From Histomonas meleagridis 2922-C6/04-290x (Eukaryota > Protista > Parabasalia): a stretch of DNA of 64,000 nucleotides. The translations under genes were made by a program, and so were the position numbers. Location of the stretch: the NCBI GenBank assembly GCA_020184695.1, contig JAANOX010000205.1, positions 558,001 through 622,000 of the forward strand, read 5' to 3'. Shown here piece after piece: positions 61,676 to 64,000 of this stretch (the first letter of the stretch is position 1; every line of letters begins with the position of its first letter). Under the pieces are notes generated by a model. It did not search any database, was not told the DNA's origin, and saw only the letters and a program-made list of their open reading frames with translations.

Positions 61676-64000
61676 ATGTTTAACTTTGAACAATCATATA
61701 AAACATTTGCTAAAATATGTAATGTTTCTTCTGATTGTTCTAAATTTAAGTCAACGTTCCCAAACCTCCAAAATGCAGCAACAGAAAAAACAAATTCAGA
61801 TCAAGATGATGTAATTCTTTGGGATTCTGGAGCGCCAATACCTTGCTTGCTTGGTAAAGCCCGTACCTCCCAAGTAGATACAATTATTGGATCTGTATTA
61901 TTAATATCTTGTAATACTGCTTTTCTCATTGCTTCATCAATTCTAGAAGGCCAAATGAAGAAAGAAACGCAATGTAGTATCCAAATCATATATACTGCGA
62001 TTAAAGACACAATAAAAGAACAACTTCCGAATTTTGATGAAGAAACACAAACGCTTTTTTCAAAATATCTTGAATTTTTTACAACAATTGAAGACCATGC
62101 TTCATTAGAAGATATAAGAACAGCATCAGCAACAATTCAAAGTAAGGTTTATTCAATGTTCGAAATCCATCCATTTTTTGGTGATTTTGTTTATTTGATC
62201 TTCCAGTTCCTCTTGAATTTCCAATCCTTTGGGATCATAGAGCTTGCTTCTAACATGTTCCAAGAATTTTCCAAAATCGAAAAACCTGTCATAAAGGCAC
62301 TAAAATTACTCTTGAAACAAAAGTTCCAATCATCAACCAATAAATTCCAAGAGATCAACAAAATTCTTTCAGATTCAATAGCTTCAATGCCAGCTGAATA
62401 TCCTTATTATTTAAGCCGTAAGTATGTGATTGAATCACTTCTTCCTCTTACTGATCAAATCTTACATCTTTGCTCGAAACTTCCAAACAGCCTCTTTGGC
62501 CAATCATTTCACGCGTCAGAAACCGAATATCTTCCAATTGAATTTTCTCAATCGTTCCTATCAATTTTCACAGCAGAAACCGTCGAACATGAGTACGTTA
62601 AGCAACTTGCATTATCATTAAACTCATGTACAAATGATACATTATTACAATATTTATGTAGTGGCGCATCCTATTTTTTTGACGAAATACTTGGCTATAC
62701 TTCAATAATTTCATCGTTATTGCCAATTGAACCAAATTCATTAATTGAACATTTGTCATATTTATTACAACAATTATCACCAATCTTTTCAGCGATATCA
62801 AATCAATTTTATCAAACGATTAAAGCTTCAAATATTAATTTAGATCCATCATTAAACTTTTCATTTAATGGAATTAATGCTACAATTACAACACCACTTT
62901 CGGCGTTACAAACAATAATGATATATAATAACATTCAACCACTTCTCCCAGAAGACAAACAAGAAATGTTATCAAGTTATTATAATAATTTAGTTAATAT
63001 TTCATTATCTTGGATTATTACAATTACAAAACTTTTGAGGTTATTTGAAATGAAAATTGTTGAAATGTTAATTGACATCATTGACATACAATATAATTTA
63101 TCTAATGAAGTTAAAACTAAAATTCTTGAAGATTATAATCACTTAGATAAATGCGATATATCGAAATTAGATTTTAATCAAATAATCCAAATCTTAACGT
63201 ATTCCAAGTCAATTAACGAAATAATCATTTCAAAATTTGACGAGATACGATCATTTAAGACACAATCATTTGCATGCTTTACACCGAATTTTCAAAGCAT
63301 AACCGAATTTGTTGATTCTTCGATATCAATTATTAATGAATTAAATGAAATATTAAATTCAACGCCAACCACCTCAAAAATCAACACAACTATATATCAA
63401 CAAAACTCATCAATTTTATTACAAAAAATGTTTTTCCAAGTAGATACATTAATGACAGCGATTTCCACACAATTTGAATATGTTCCATCAGTTTTATCTA
63501 ATTTAAGGTTACAAATCTTTCAATTAAACCTCCAAATAATACCATTAAAAATTAATGTTAATTTATTACAAGAAAAATTAAATATCTTAAGTAATGAAAA
63601 CGATGTTAAAAAACTACTTGAACTATCATCAGAATATCAAAACTATATTCAAGATTTGATACAAAAAGTATTAGCGCCACGAATCGATGAAAACTTTGTA
63701 CAAAAAATGCGATTATCAAATAAAGAAGATGTTGACACATTAATACAAAAAATTGATTCTCCTGAAATACGAAACGAAATTTTATATGAAATTCATTCGA
63801 TATATGAAAATCCGATTTATCGCCAAGAACAAAAGAAAATCGAAATAAACCTCAAGAAAGTTATTGAGATGCGAGTTCGAAATGATTATCCATTAGACAT
63901 AACGAAAATCGCGCAACTTACTGAGAAAGAAATTTATGATAACTCGTTAGCCATAGCTGCGATAATTCCATTATATGCAGGAGAGAACCTCGAAATATTA
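61676..64000 (+). CDS. Large helical hypothetical protein, 3'-incomplete (absent from the ORF track)
   Basis: Manual translation from ATG TTT AAC TTT GAA stays open for 775 codons to the window end. Confidence 0.85.
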   Translation, partial: MFNFEQSYKTFAKICNVSSDCSKFKSTFPNLQNAATEKTNSDQDDVILWDSGAPIPCLLGKARTSQVDTIIGSVLLISCNTAFLIASSILEGQMKKETQCSIQIIYTAIKDTIKEQLPNFDEETQTLFSKYLEFFTTIEDHASLEDIRTASATIQSKVYSMFEIHPFFGDFVYLIFQFLLNFQSFGIIELASNMFQEFSKIEKPVIKALKLLLKQKFQSSTNKFQEINKILSDSIASMPAEYPYYLSRKYVIESLLPLTDQILHLCSKLPNSLFGQSFHASETEYLPIEFSQSFLSIFTAETVEHEYVKQLALSLNSCTNDTLLQYLCSGASYFFDEILGYTSIISSLLPIEPNSLIEHLSYLLQQLSPIFSAISNQFYQTIKASNINLDPSLNFSFNGINATITTPLSALQTIMIYNNIQPLLPEDKQEMLSSYYNNLVNISLSWIITITKLLRLFEMKIVEMLIDIIDIQYNLSNEVKTKILEDYNHLDKCDISKLDFNQIIQILTYSKSINEIIISKFDEIRSFKTQSFACFTPNFQSITEFVDSSISIINELNEILNSTPTTSKINTTIYQQNSSILLQKMFFQVDTLMTAISTQFEYVPSVLSNLRLQIFQLNLQIIPLKINVNLLQEKLNILSNENDVKKLLELSSEYQNYIQDLIQKVLAPRIDENFVQKMRLSNKEDVDTLIQKIDSPEIRNEILYEIHSIYENPIYRQEQKKIEINLKKVIEMRVRNDYPLDITKIAQLTEKEIYDNSLAIAAIIPLYAGENLEIL

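Overview
AT-rich, gene-dense, almost intron-free eukaryotic DNA; it is not prokaryotic. The gene mix (DUF3447-type ankyrin proteins, BspA-like LRR surface proteins, divergent Hsp70, Rabs, R2R3-Myb, BEACH, TKL kinase) and the Inr/M3-like promoter motifs point to a parabasalid protist, probably Tritrichomonas-like (inference). There are about 25 protein genes: cullin-like, RSL1D1-like, mucolipin-like, DOCK GEF, Hsp70-like, BEACH, kinase-ankyrin, two Rabs, UBX, SET1-like, Myb, USP, CRM1/exportin-1, SAPS, several surface proteins, and a 3'-incomplete ORF at 61676 that the ORF track omits. Several degraded relics are also present. Most notable: at four separate loci, ankyrin repeats are interrupted at the same beta-hairpin position by frame-breaking inserts. 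These have a conserved 17-nt head plus n x 20-nt units (37, 57, 77, 97 nt) and no GT..AG boundaries, and removing them restores the frame, including in an otherwise intact kinase-ankyrin gene. This is a candidate non-canonical intron class or site-specific element. Second: a secreted LysM-LysM-GH19 protein of bacterial/phage endolysin type, likely acquired laterally. No rRNA, tRNA, CRISPR array or transposase was recognised.
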